Positions 11,512 through 21,290 of a DNA stretch of 64,000 bases are shown piece by piece. The DNA lies in the NCBI GenBank assembly GCA_036390115.1, contig DASWCM010000003.1, positions 101,111 to 165,110 on the forward strand. The letters run 5' to 3'. The position numbers and the translations under genes are program-made. Each line of letters starts with the position of its first letter. The first letter of the stretch is position 1. Below the pieces are notes generated by a model that saw only the letters and a list, made by a program, of their open reading frames with translations, was not told the DNA's origin and did not search any database. This stretch comes from Blattabacteriaceae bacterium (GTDB taxonomy: Bacteria > Bacteroidota > Bacteroidia > Flavobacteriales > Blattabacteriaceae).

Positions 11512-11525
11512 AAATAAATAAATAA

Positions 11526-12530
11526 ATGGATTTACAAAATTTCATTAAACCAGATAAACCTTTAGTTTTAAATTCAAACCAAGAATCTGGTCTTTTCCAG
11601 ATTAAACCTTTAGCTCCAGGTTTTGGTTGCACCATTGGAAATTCACTTAGAAGAGTTCTTTTGTCGTCTTTGGATGGATTTGCTGTTACCTCAATAAAAA
11701 TTGAGGGAGTAGGGCATGAATTTTCTACAATAAAAGGAGTTCTGGAAGATGTAACTGAAATTGTACTAAATTTTAAAAAAATCCGCTTTAAAAAAATAAA
11801 AAAAAGCGGTAATGAGAAAAACATTGAGACTGTTTATGCAAATCTTATTGATAATGACTGCGTCACTGCAGAGTCTCTAGAAAAATTCATTACTTCATTT
11901 AAAGTACTGAATCCAGATTTAATTATTTGTAACAAATATAAATCTGAACCGCTCTCTATTATTTTTACTATAGAAATAGGGATAGGATATGTTCCTGCTG
12001 AAAATAATAAGAAAAAAGAGTTGTCTCTAGGTACTATATTCATGGATTCTATCCATACCCCTATTAAAAATGTTAAATATTCTATAGAAGAAAAATATTG
12101 TTTGGCGAAAAAACATAACTTGGAGACCCTATTGTTAGAAATAAAAACGGATGGTTCCATTTCTCCAGAAGATGCCTTAAAAAAAGCTTCAAATATATTA
12201 ATGCAACATTTTTCTATTGTCTCTGACTCTGACGAGTTCAGAAAAACTTATGAAGAAGCTAAAAAGGAGGATACTGAAAAAATTTGGAGACTGTTAAAAA
12301 CAAATATTTCTGATGTAGAAAATTTAGGAAAACGTACTTTGAACTGCTTTAAAGCAGCAGGAATAAAGACTTTTTCAGATTTAGTTTATTATAATGAAGA
12401 GACTCTTCTTAAATTGAAGAATTTTGGTAGAAAATCTTTGGAAGAAGTAGAATATGAAATGAAGAAAAGAGGTTTATATTTCGGAATGGATCCATCGAAA
12501 GATCTTCTAAATAGAGACAATAATCCATGA
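11526..12530 (+). CDS. rpoA: DNA-directed RNA polymerase subunit alpha
   Basis: 334 aa. GFGCTIGNSLRRVLLSSL motif, and a C-terminal domain with RTLNCFKAAGIKTFSDL and NFGRKSLEEV. Confidence 0.96.
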   Translation: MDLQNFIKPDKPLVLNSNQESGLFQIKPLAPGFGCTIGNSLRRVLLSSLDGFAVTSIKIEGVGHEFSTIKGVLEDVTEIVLNFKKIRFKKIKKSGNEKNIETVYANLIDNDCVTAESLEKFITSFKVLNPDLIICNKYKSEPLSIIFTIEIGIGYVPAENNKKKELSLGTIFMDSIHTPIKNVKYSIEEKYCLAKKHNLETLLLEIKTDGSISPEDALKKASNILMQHFSIVSDSDEFRKTYEEAKKEDTEKIWRLLKTNISDVENLGKRTLNCFKAAGIKTFSDLVYYNEETLLKLKNFGRKSLEEVEYEMKKRGLYFGMDPSKDLLNRDNNP

Positions 12531-12934
12531 AACACGGAAAAAAAATAAATCACTTAGGAAAAAGTGCACCTCATAGAAAAATTCTTCTAGCTCATTTGGC
12601 GAATTCACTTCTCAAACATAAGAGGATAAATACTACTCTAGCAAAGGCTAAATCATTAAGGAGGTATATAGAACCAATAATTTCTAAAAGTAGAAAGGGA
12701 GATATTCATTCTATGCGAATGATATTTAAACGGTTACAAAATAAAGCTATGGTTGCAGAACTTTTTAACTCTATTTCAGAAAAAGTATCTAGTCGTCCAG
12801 GAGGTTATACAAGAATTATTAAAACAGGGTATAGATTGGGAGATGGAGCAGATACTGCTATTATTGAAATAGTTGATTTTAATGAAATATACAAAAAAAA
12901 CAAGAAAATCAGTAAAATAGATGAGCAAAATTAA
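12527..12934 (+). CDS. rplQ: 50S ribosomal protein L17
   Basis: MKHGKKINHLGKSAPHRK start and PGGYTRIIKTGYRLGDGA. Confidence 0.95.
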   Translation: MKHGKKINHLGKSAPHRKILLAHLANSLLKHKRINTTLAKAKSLRRYIEPIISKSRKGDIHSMRMIFKRLQNKAMVAELFNSISEKVSSRPGGYTRIIKTGYRLGDGADTAIIEIVDFNEIYKKNKKISKIDEQN

Positions 12935-13776
12935 AGATGTTTTTGCCCTTAAAATATTAGATTATACCCACTATTGAAGTGGATGGAAGCAGTGTGAATG
13001 AAATAATTGCTCCATAAATAAAGGGTCTCAAAGTCTTAGAGATCAATTAATGATTGATATTGACGTAACAGAAAATAAAAGTAGTCTTGGAGCTAATGCT
13101 ATTCTTTTCATTAGCTGATGCTAAAGCTGCCTCAGCTTATACTGTTACCATGATGAATATAGTTCCTCCTATTTATTTTCAATAATTTCTGATTGTTCCA
13201 GTATCTGCTAATAGCTTTTCGTAAACTGTTAGAATGGGAGTAACTCTTACGTAGTCTCAGTTGTAGATGAAGGTGGATTTTAATCAAAATTTGATAGTAC
13301 TGAAGAAGCATTAGATGCATAATCCATTGAAAAATCAGGATATAAACCTGTTGAAGAAATAATGCTTGCTTTAGATTGCGCTTCTTCCGAATTTTATTTA
13401 AACGTAAAATATGATTATACTCGTTTTGAAGGGGAAAAAGGTTGTTTACGTTCTAGTGAAGAACAAGTTAATTATTTAATTAAGCTTATTGAAAAGTATC
13501 CAATAATCTCTATTGAATATGGAATGGATCAAAACGATTGGGAAACTTTTAACTGAAAAAAATAGGAAAAAATGTCCAATTAGTAGGGGATGATCTATTC
13601 GTTACAAATCTTTCTAGATTAAAGGAAGGTAGGGTCATAATTATACGAACGATAATGTCTCATCGTTCTGTGAATATTATACGATATATGATTTATCGGT
13701 AGCTTTTAAAACTGGATCAGCTTCTCTCGCATGGCGAAGTATAATCAATTGATAATAATTGAATAAATGCTAGCTT
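12921..13776 (+). pseudogene. eno: Enolase pseudogene (multiple frameshifts, stops and deletions)
   Basis: Enolase-like peptides appear in collinear order but in different frames, separated by stops. They are MSKIKDVFALKILD (ATG 12921), PTIEVD, NKSSLGANAILFIS then [63 protein letters not shown] (ORF 13362..13556), VQLVGDDLFVTN (13574, another frame), MSHRS, and MAKYNQLIIIE stop (13776). Confidence 0.88.
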
Positions 13777-13870
13777 TTTGGGGCTTTGCTTCATTTCTGA
13801 CAGTAGCTTGCTTGTGTAGCTACAAAAAAAATAAGCAAATTAAAGTAAATGTATTAATTTTTCTAAAATT

Positions 13871-14941
13871 ATGGCTGGTAATACTTACGGTAAACTTTTT
13901 AAGCTGACCACTTTCGGGGAAAGTCACGGAGGAGCTATAGGTGGAATAATAGATGGATGCCCATCTGGGCTTTCAGTAAATTTTGAAAAAATCCAATACG
14001 AACTATCTAGAAGAAAACCTGGACAATCATCCATTGTTACTCAACGTAGAGAAGATGATTTTGTAACCTTCTTCTCTGGAATTTTTAATGGAATTACGAC
14101 AGGGACCCCTATTGGATTTTCTATTTACAATAGAAATCAAAAATCAATAGATTATGAGCATATAAAATCTGTATATAGACCTTCCCATTCGGATTTTACA
14201 TATGATAAAAAATATGGATTAAGAGATTATAGAGGAGGTGGCAGATCTTCTGCCAGAGAAACAGTTTGCAGAGTAGCCGCTGGATCTATTGCCAAACAAT
14301 TACTAATGCTAAAAAACGTAAAAATAATTGCTTACGTTTCCTCCGTTGAGGAGTTTAGCTTAGAGAAAAACTTTATAAATCTAGATCTCAACTCTATAGA
14401 ATCTAATCCTATTCGCTGTCCAAATCCATATATTTCCAGTAAAATGATAGATTTAATTAAAAAAGTGAGAAAATCTGGAGACTCCGTAGGAGGAGTAATA
14501 AGTTGTGTCATTAAAAATGTACCAATTGGACTAGGAGAGCCCATTTTTAATAAACTTCATGCAGAATTAGCTCACGCTATGTTATCTATTAATGCAGCTA
14601 AAGGGTTCGAATTCGGAAGTGGATTCTCTGGAACCCATATGAGGGGGTGTAATCACAATGATATTTTTAACGTTGATGGAACCTCGAAAAAAAATTTTTC
14701 TGGGGGAATTCAAGGTGGAATATCTAATGGGATTGACATATATTTTAGCGTAGCCTTCAAGCCCATAGCAACTTTGATGAGTACACAGATAACCTTAGAT
14801 AAAAATGAAAATATATGCCTTTCCAAAGGAAAAGGACGGCATGATCCTTGCGTTCTCCCTAGAGCAGTTCCTATTGTGGAAGCTATGGCTGCCTTAGTTT
14901 TAGCTGATTATTGGCTTTATGGAAAGCTAACAAAACTATGA
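13871..14941 (+). CDS. aroC: Chorismate synthase
   Basis: 356 aa. [45 protein letters not shown] and GRHDPCV motifs. Confidence 0.95.
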   Translation: MAGNTYGKLFKLTTFGESHGGAIGGIIDGCPSGLSVNFEKIQYELSRRKPGQSSIVTQRREDDFVTFFSGIFNGITTGTPIGFSIYNRNQKSIDYEHIKSVYRPSHSDFTYDKKYGLRDYRGGGRSSARETVCRVAAGSIAKQLLMLKNVKIIAYVSSVEEFSLEKNFINLDLNSIESNPIRCPNPYISSKMIDLIKKVRKSGDSVGGVISCVIKNVPIGLGEPIFNKLHAELAHAMLSINAAKGFEFGSGFSGTHMRGCNHNDIFNVDGTSKKNFSGGIQGGISNGIDIYFSVAFKPIATLMSTQITLDKNENICLSKGKGRHDPCVLPRAVPIVEAMAALVLADYWLYGKLTKL

Positions 14942-15837
14942 ATATAATATCAATATTCGGTCCTACAGCTATAGGCAAGACGTATCTTTCAATTTTACTA
15001 GCTAAAACCTTAGGGTTTGAAATTATTTCCTGTGATTCTAGGCAATTTTATAAAGAGCTTGTAATTGGAACAGCTAAACCTTCAAAAGAAGAACTTAAAA
15101 TAGTACCCCACCATTTCATAGAACACTTAAGCGTGTATCAAACCTATAATGCAGGAAGTTTTGAAAGAGATGCTTCAGAAAAGCTAGATGAAATCTTTTC
15201 AAGATCCAATGCAGTATTCGTTGTAGGTGGATCATGTTTATATGGAAAAGCTCTACTTGAAGGTTTAGATATTTTTCCAGAAGTATCTAGCGAAATAAAA
15301 AACTTATGGATTTCATTCTTTCAAAGAAAGGGATTGCATTTTTTACAAGATTCTCTTAAATGGAGAGATCCATGTTATTATAAAACGGTAGACTTGAATA
15401 ATCCACATAGGATGATTCGTGCTTTAAGTGTTATTGAATCTAGTGGGCGTCCGTTTTCTTATTTTCTAAAGAAAAGAAGAAGGAAAAACATAAAGGTTAT
15501 AAAAATTGGTCTTATATTGCCTAGGGTAGAACTTTATAAGAGAATAGATCAAAGAGTAGACAAAATGATAAAAAATGGTTTACTTGAAGAAACGCGTATA
15601 TGGTCTAATTGTAGGCATTTAAATGCCTTAAAAACTATAGGATATAAAGAATTTTTCGATTATCTAGACGGTCATTACGACTTTTATCAGGCTGTAAATG
15701 AAATAAAAAAAAATACTAGGAAATACGCGAAGAAACAAATTACCTGTTTAAGAAAAGATTCTTCTATTCTATGGTTTTCTCCTATAGAATACAAGGAAAT
15801 TTTGAATTTTATTCTAAAAGCACTTTATTCTCTCTAA
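14938..15837 (+). CDS. miaA: tRNA dimethylallyltransferase
   Basis: I take the internal Met as the start ([16 protein letters not shown]-loop). It overlaps the aroC stop as ATGA. Also contains [18 protein letters not shown]. Confidence 0.92.
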   Translation: MNIISIFGPTAIGKTYLSILLAKTLGFEIISCDSRQFYKELVIGTAKPSKEELKIVPHHFIEHLSVYQTYNAGSFERDASEKLDEIFSRSNAVFVVGGSCLYGKALLEGLDIFPEVSSEIKNLWISFFQRKGLHFLQDSLKWRDPCYYKTVDLNNPHRMIRALSVIESSGRPFSYFLKKRRRKNIKVIKIGLILPRVELYKRIDQRVDKMIKNGLLEETRIWSNCRHLNALKTIGYKEFFDYLDGHYDFYQAVNEIKKNTRKYAKKQITCLRKDSSILWFSPIEYKEILNFILKALYSL

Positions 15838-17145
15838 TCTTAATTTACATTTAAATACGTTCTTGGGATAAAGAGAATCCCAAGAAATACTCATCCAAGT
15901 AAAAATTGGATTTCCCACAATATGGTCTTCGGGTACAAACCCCCAAAAACGAGAATCCAATGAATTATACCAATTATCTCCTATCATGAAATAATAGTTT
16001 TGATTAAAAACATATTCAGAAGTTTCCATGTTGTTAATATAAAATTTTTTTCCTTTTATTTTTAAGTAGTTATTTTCATATATATTTATAATGTCTTTAT
16101 ACAGGTTGATATTATCATAATTTAGCATTACATGATCTCCTTTCTTAGGAATTTTTAACGGCCCGTAAAAGTCTAAATTCCAACTAAAATTTTTATTTCC
16201 TAAAAATTTTTGACTTTTGTATATTGGGAGAATATATCTGTTTACAGATCCTACTTCATTAAGGGTTCTGATTAATTTAGCTTCTAATTCTGTAAGCATT
16301 ATTTTGTTTAGAGACCTTAAGGTACTAAGAATATATAAATATTTTCTTTTTACATTTTTGGACAATCTTTCTTTTTTACCATTTATAAATAAAATAGATC
16401 TACGTATTTCTACAGTCTCTCCCGAAATAGCGATACATCGTTTTATATAATGATCTTTTCTATCTATCTCGGTATAAGATGAATGGGGAAAATTGAATAC
16501 GATAATATCAGAACGTTTAATGTTAGTTAAAGATGGAATACGCAGGTAGGGTAATCTGATCCACTTTAAATAAGTACGAATGCCAAAAAATGGTAATCTG
16601 TTATGCAAAAGTGGTAAACTTATTGGAGTTATTGGTAATCGTAATCCATAGTGGATTTTACTTACAAAAATAAAATCTCCAACTAATAAAGTTTTCTCCA
16701 TAGAAGAGGTTGGTATGGTAAATGGCTGAATAAGATATATGTGAATAAAAGATGATAAAATTATAGAAGAGAGAAAAATTGAAAAAATGGGCTCTTTTTT
16801 TGGAGCAAAAAAATTTATATTATTATTATAGTTAAAATAAAAAATATATAAACCTAATGTTAGGATTACTAGAATATAGTCTCTTTTCCTAGTTTTTCCA
16901 AAACATCGAATAAAATCAATCCATAATAGAGGGAACATTACTGTGCAAATAATTGGGACAAAGAAAATTGGAACCCAATAAATTGGACGATTAACAATTT
17001 TTAGTAATATAAAAATATTGTAAAAAGGCAAAGCAGCTTCCCAAGATTTTCTTCCAGCTTTTTTATATAACCTATAAGTTCCCAGAAAATGAATTCCTAG
17101 TATGATAAAAAAGACAAGAATATAATTACTCATAATCAAAAACAT
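15814..17145 (-). CDS. lepB: Signal peptidase I (long Bacteroidota-type)
   Basis: 443 aa. PFTIPTSSMEKTLLVGDFIFVSK (catalytic Ser box), YIKRCIAISGE, GDNWYNSLDSRFWGFVP, and an N-terminal YKKAGRKSWEAALPFYN segment. Confidence 0.9.
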   Translation of the reverse strand: MFLIMSNYILVFFIILGIHFLGTYRLYKKAGRKSWEAALPFYNIFILLKIVNRPIYWVPIFFVPIICTVMFPLLWIDFIRCFGKTRKRDYILVILTLGLYIFYFNYNNNINFFAPKKEPIFSIFLSSIILSSFIHIYLIQPFTIPTSSMEKTLLVGDFIFVSKIHYGLRLPITPISLPLLHNRLPFFGIRTYLKWIRLPYLRIPSLTNIKRSDIIVFNFPHSSYTEIDRKDHYIKRCIAISGETVEIRRSILFINGKKERLSKNVKRKYLYILSTLRSLNKIMLTELEAKLIRTLNEVGSVNRYILPIYKSQKFLGNKNFSWNLDFYGPLKIPKKGDHVMLNYDNINLYKDIINIYENNYLKIKGKKFYINNMETSEYVFNQNYYFMIGDNWYNSLDSRFWGFVPEDHIVGNPIFTWMSISWDSLYPKNVFKCKLRLERIKCF

Positions 17146-17830
17146 TCTTCATAGAAAAAAATCCCTTTTGATTTACAATCCACTCTGAAGCTAGTACTGC
17201 ACCTATAGCGAACCCTTTACGACTATAAGCTTTATGAGTAATTTTGATTTCATCATCTGCTGATTGGTAAGTAACCGTATGTATTCCTGGAACGTTTTCA
17301 ACCCGTTTTGAAAAAATAGATATTTTATCCCCTTTTTTTGATTTGCCAAAAATCCAACTATACTTTTTTCTACTTTCAGATACTATATCCTTAGCTAAGG
17401 ATATAGATGTTCCACTAGGGTAATCTAACTTTTGAAGATGATGAATTTCGAGTATTTCTACTTTAAACTCGTAAGTACTTACGAATCTAGCCAGTTTTCG
17501 ATTAATATCAAAAAATATATTCATTCCTAAACTAAAATTAGAAGAATACAAGAAAGATCCGTTATATTCCCTACAAATGGATTCCACCTCTTTAAACTTT
17601 TCTAACCATCCTGTAGTACCACACACAATAGGTATATTGTGTGTGATACATATTTTAATATTTTCAAAAGCTACTTCAGGCCTACTGAATTCTAGAACCA
17701 CCTCAGATGTATTCAGTTTCTGAGCTTCAGGAGTAGAAGAAGAAGCAAAAACTATTTTATGACCACGTTTTAAAGCAATCTCTTCAACAGCTTTTCCCAT
17801 TTTTCCATAACCAATCAATGCTATTTTCAT
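17126..17830 (-). CDS. dapB: 4-hydroxy-tetrahydrodipicolinate reductase
   Basis: I take the start at MKIALIGYGKMGKAV (NAD-binding). The longer ORF start would run into the tRNA-Leu gene. Also contains EIHHLQKLDYPSGT and HKAYSRKGFAIGA. Confidence 0.9.
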   Translation of the reverse strand: MKIALIGYGKMGKAVEEIALKRGHKIVFASSSTPEAQKLNTSEVVLEFSRPEVAFENIKICITHNIPIVCGTTGWLEKFKEVESICREYNGSFLYSSNFSLGMNIFFDINRKLARFVSTYEFKVEILEIHHLQKLDYPSGTSISLAKDIVSESRKKYSWIFGKSKKGDKISIFSKRVENVPGIHTVTYQSADDEIKITHKAYSRKGFAIGAVLASEWIVNQKGFFSMKNVFDYE

Positions 17831-17846
17831 TTTTTTTAAATTTTTT

Positions 17847-17930
17847 GTCCACGTGGTGAAATTGGTAGACACGCTATCTTGAGGGGATGGTATCTGAAAA
17901 GATGTGCTGGTTCAAATCCAGCCGTGGATA
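17847..17930 (+). tRNA. tRNA-Leu (anticodon GAG), type II with long variable arm
   Basis: Hand-folded. Acceptor gtccacg/cgtggat, anticodon stem ctatc/gatgg, loop ttGAGgg, long variable arm, T arm gctgg-ttcaaat-ccagc. No encoded CCA. Confidence 0.85.
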
Positions 17931-18056
17931 CATTAATTAATCTAACTCGCATAGATCTCTATTATTTTTAGACTTTTTTTAACAAAATTTGATTTTTTTC
18001 TTTTTAAATTTTGATTTTTTTCTAAAAATTATTATATTTATTTAAAATAAATGCAA

Positions 18057-18128
18057 TGCGGGGTTGAGCAGTGGTAGCTCAACGGGCTCATAACCCGTAG
18101 GCCGCAGGTTCGAATCCTGCCCCCGCTA
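18057..18128 (+). tRNA. Initiator tRNA-fMet (anticodon CAT)
   Basis: Near-collinear with the E. coli tRNA-fMet as I recall it. Three consecutive G-C pairs close the anticodon stem (acggg-ctCATaa-cccgt), positions 1:72 are unpaired, and the T arm is gcagg-ttcgaat-cctgc. No encoded CCA. Confidence 0.85.
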
Positions 18129-18195
18129 CAAATTTTATCTAGATAAAGATGATGAAAATCAAAAAAGAATGGCTCTGTAATAAAAAACTAAAAAA

Positions 18196-20058
18196 GTGGG
18201 GTTACGTAAAAATTTTTTAAAGGAAAAAAAATATAAAAAACATAGAAAAGAAAAATCAAAATTTAAAAAGAAAAAAAAGCTTAACCAAGTAGAAAGATTA
18301 CCAGTAAAAAAAAATTTAAAAAAAATAAAAGAAAAGAATTCTATTAAAAATAAAAAGGAGAATAATCTATTGAAAGTTCCCGAGTTTATTACGGTAAACG
18401 AGTTTTCTTGCATGATGCAAGTCTCTCCTACAGAAGTTATTGGGACCTGTATATCATTGGGAATTCCAGCAACAATGAATCAGAGACTGAATGCTGAAAC
18501 GATTCTGCTTGTTGCAGATGAATTTGGATACAAAATTGAGTTCATCGATTTTTTACATTCGGAAAAAGAAGGTAATGAAAAAGATCTAAAATCTAGACCT
18601 CCTGTTGTATCTGTAATGGGACATGTAGATCATGGAAAGACCTCATTACTAGACTATATTCTAAATACTAATCGAATTGCAGGAGAGCATGGTGGTATAA
18701 CTCAGCATATAGGAGCTTATAGTGTAAAAATAAAAAAAGGGATTGAGGTAACTTTTATTGATACTCCTGGACACGAAGCCTTCACTGCTATGCGAGCAAG
18801 AGGAGTTCTCATTACTGATATTGCTATTATTGTGATAGCAGTAGATGCGCAGGTTATGCCTCAAACTAAAGAAGTTATTAGTCACGCTATAACTGCAGGG
18901 GTCCCTATGATATTTGCTATAAATAAAATAGATAAAACTGGATATAAAATTGAAAAAATATATGAACAACTTGCTAATATGAATATACTTGTAGAAAAAT
19001 GGGGGGGGAAATATCCAACCCAAGAAATATCAGCTAAAACTGGATATGGTGTAGATAAATTAATGGAAAAAATTATCTCAACATCTCAGATGCTGAATCT
19101 GAAAGCTAATCCTAATAATTTATCATCAGGTACTGTACTGGAATCTTCCATAGATAAAGGAAGAGGATATGTTTCTACGGTTCTTATTCAGGAGGGAACC
19201 CTTAGAACTGGGTATTATTTATTAGCTGGATGTTTTTATGGTAAAGTGAAAGTTATTCTAGATGAACGTAGAAATTCTATTCAGGAAGCTGGACCATCAA
19301 AACCTGTTACCATTATAGGATTAAATGGGGCTCCTAATGCAGGAGAGAGATTTAGGGTTTTCAAGTCTGAAAAAGAAGTGAAGAGTATTGCTCTCCGTAG
19401 GGAGCATTTTCACAGAGAACAAAAGATGCAGATCCAAAAAAGGGTAATGTTGAATGAAGCGGAAAAACGCTTTTTCCTAAAAGATTTAAAAGAATTTAAA
19501 ATAATCCTTAAGGTAGATGTAGATGGATCTTTAGAAGCTTTGATAGATGCTCTGCTTCGTTTATCGACTGAAAAAATAAAAGTAAATATTATCCACAAGG
19601 AAGTTGGATCTATTAAAGAGTCAGATGTTCTTTTAGCTAAGTCTTCTAATGCTATGATTATTGGATTCAATGTACGACCTATTTTTAGGTCGAAAAATTA
19701 TGAAGGGGTTCAAATGAAACTTTATTCGGTGATTTATCACCTAATCGATGACATAAAAAGGATCATAGAAGATTTACATAAGCCTAAAGAGAAAATTATC
19801 GGAAAGGCTAAAATACGAGAAGTATTCAAAATCCCAAGTGTAGGATCCATAGCTGGATGTGTAGTTACACTTGGGAAAATAATAAGACCAGCTAAAGTTC
19901 GTCATATTAGAGGAGGAGTTGTTATTTATACTGGCGAACTCAGTTCTCTCAAAATCTTTAAAGAAGATGTAAAAGAAGTGAAAAATGGACAGGAATGCGG
20001 AGTGTCTATAAAAAATTACAACGATCTACTAAGTGGAGATGTTCTAGAATTCTTTTAG
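18196..20058 (+). CDS. infB: Translation initiation factor IF-2 (short, Lys-rich N-terminus; start uncertain, GTG in ORF track)
   Basis: GTPase motifs VMGHVDHGKTSLLD, DTPGHEAF and NKIDK, plus C-terminal IF-2 domains. The N-terminal 60 aa are K-rich low complexity. Confidence 0.93.
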   Translation: MGLRKNFLKEKKYKKHRKEKSKFKKKKKLNQVERLPVKKNLKKIKEKNSIKNKKENNLLKVPEFITVNEFSCMMQVSPTEVIGTCISLGIPATMNQRLNAETILLVADEFGYKIEFIDFLHSEKEGNEKDLKSRPPVVSVMGHVDHGKTSLLDYILNTNRIAGEHGGITQHIGAYSVKIKKGIEVTFIDTPGHEAFTAMRARGVLITDIAIIVIAVDAQVMPQTKEVISHAITAGVPMIFAINKIDKTGYKIEKIYEQLANMNILVEKWGGKYPTQEISAKTGYGVDKLMEKIISTSQMLNLKANPNNLSSGTVLESSIDKGRGYVSTVLIQEGTLRTGYYLLAGCFYGKVKVILDERRNSIQEAGPSKPVTIIGLNGAPNAGERFRVFKSEKEVKSIALRREHFHREQKMQIQKRVMLNEAEKRFFLKDLKEFKIILKVDVDGSLEALIDALLRLSTEKIKVNIIHKEVGSIKESDVLLAKSSNAMIIGFNVRPIFRSKNYEGVQMKLYSVIYHLIDDIKRIIEDLHKPKEKIIGKAKIREVFKIPSVGSIAGCVVTLGKIIRPAKVRHIRGGVVIYTGELSSLKIFKEDVKEVKNGQECGVSIKNYNDLLSGDVLEFF

Positions 20059-21282
20059 CTTAACTAGCATTTTTTTTGCTTTTAAAACTCCTTCGCATAA
20101 ATGGTCCACTTCTTCATCGTTATTATATACGCAAAAACTTACTCTTACAGTTCCTGCTACCCCTAAAAAACGCATTAAAGGTTGAGCGCAATGATGCCCA
20201 GTTCGCACTGCAATTCCAAGCTGGTCTAGAATACTTCCCACGTCAAATGGATGAACGTTTTTAAGGTTAAAAGAGATAATTCCAGATCTAGGTTCATTAG
20301 ATGAATATAAGAGAATTCCTTTTATATTTTTTAACCCCTCAAGAGTTCTATCCAAAAGGAACTTTTCATGTTTTTTTATTTTTTTCATTCTTATCTGCTT
20401 AATGAAAGCAATGGAAGCTGACAATGCTATTATTCCCTCTATATTTGGAGTTCCAGCTTCAAACCGTAAGGGTAAATCTGCATAAGTAGTTTTATTAAAA
20501 AGAACTTCTTTGATCATTTCCCCTCCACCGAGGAATGGATAAAGTTTTTCTAAAAAAAATTCTTTTCCATAAAGGACCCCAATACCAGTTGGTCCATACA
20601 TTTTATGTGCTGAAAATACGTAAAAATCCGTTTCTAAATCCTGAACATTTACGTAATCGTGACATACAGCTTGTGCTCCATCTATTAAAGTTATAATTCC
20701 ATATTGATGCGCTTTTTTAATGAAAGCTTTTATAGGATTAACTTTTCCTAAAACATTGGAAATATGACTAATCGCTAGTATTTTCACTTTATCTGAAAGA
20801 AGTTTTTCAAAACTTTCAATACATAATTGATTATTCTTATCTAGAGGGATGACTTTCAAAAGAGCTCCTATACCTTGGCACAGGATTTGCCAAGGTATAA
20901 TATTAGAATGGTGCCCCATTTGAGAAACGATTATCTCATCTCCCTCTTTTATGAGAGTTCTCATACCAGAAGCAACTAAATTAATCGCTTCAGTAGTTCC
21001 TCTAGTAAAAAGAATCTCGTTAGAATATTCAGCACAAATAAATTTTTGTATTTTGATTCTGCTTTTTTCCATAGTTTCAGTCGCTTTATGGCTCAGGTAA
21101 TGAGTACCCCTATGCACATTGGAATTTATTTCTTTGTAATAGTCTTCTATAGCTTTAATTACTTTTTTGGGTTTTTGAGTAGTAGCTGCATTATCTAGGT
21201 AAATGCATGGTCTTCCGTAAATATTTATTGACAAAATGGTAAATTGATTACGAATATTTATGAATTCTTCTTTTGAATACAT
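20044..21282 (-). CDS. sufS: Cysteine desulfurase SufS
   Basis: 412 aa. YLDNAATTQKP, SAHKMYGPTGIGVLYG (PLP Lys) and RTGHHCAQPL. Sits at the end of the suf cluster. Confidence 0.93.
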   Translation of the reverse strand: MYSKEEFINIRNQFTILSINIYGRPCIYLDNAATTQKPKKVIKAIEDYYKEINSNVHRGTHYLSHKATETMEKSRIKIQKFICAEYSNEILFTRGTTEAINLVASGMRTLIKEGDEIIVSQMGHHSNIIPWQILCQGIGALLKVIPLDKNNQLCIESFEKLLSDKVKILAISHISNVLGKVNPIKAFIKKAHQYGIITLIDGAQAVCHDYVNVQDLETDFYVFSAHKMYGPTGIGVLYGKEFFLEKLYPFLGGGEMIKEVLFNKTTYADLPLRFEAGTPNIEGIIALSASIAFIKQIRMKKIKKHEKFLLDRTLEGLKNIKGILLYSSNEPRSGIISFNLKNVHPFDVGSILDQLGIAVRTGHHCAQPLMRFLGVAGTVRVSFCVYNNDEEVDHLCEGVLKAKKMLVKLKEF

Positions 21283-21290
21283 TTTAGTTC

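Noticed and set aside
11474-12160. Minus-strand ORFs of 116 and 108 aa opposite rpsD/rpoA
   Set aside because: They are antisense to rpoA, with no family resemblance. I treat them as spurious.
13132-13556. ORF 13132..13320 (minus) and ORF 13362..13556 (plus) as independent small genes
   Set aside because: The plus ORF is simply the longest surviving open piece of the enolase pseudogene (..[25 protein letters not shown]). The minus ORF is antisense noise within the same ghost.
14939-14941. Possibility of UGA recoding (UGA=Trp), as in some tiny symbiont genomes
   Set aside because: Conserved genes end at TGA at the expected protein length (aroC TGA at 14939..14941, rplO TGA at 8480..8482). 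Trp positions I checked use TGG. The standard bacterial code fits.
17985-18023. Imperfect direct repeat aaatttgatttttttct / aaattttgatttttttct between the two tRNAs, considered as a Bacteroidota promoter (TTTG ... TAnnTTTG)
   Set aside because: The spacing and the -7 motif do not fit the consensus. The sequence is low-complexity AT-rich and could repeat by chance. It is not reported as a promoter.
18159-19670. Minus-strand ORFs 18159..18413, 18661..19023 and 19410..19670
   Set aside because: They are antisense to infB. The first mirrors the Lys-rich (AAA) region as Phe-rich (TTT) nonsense.
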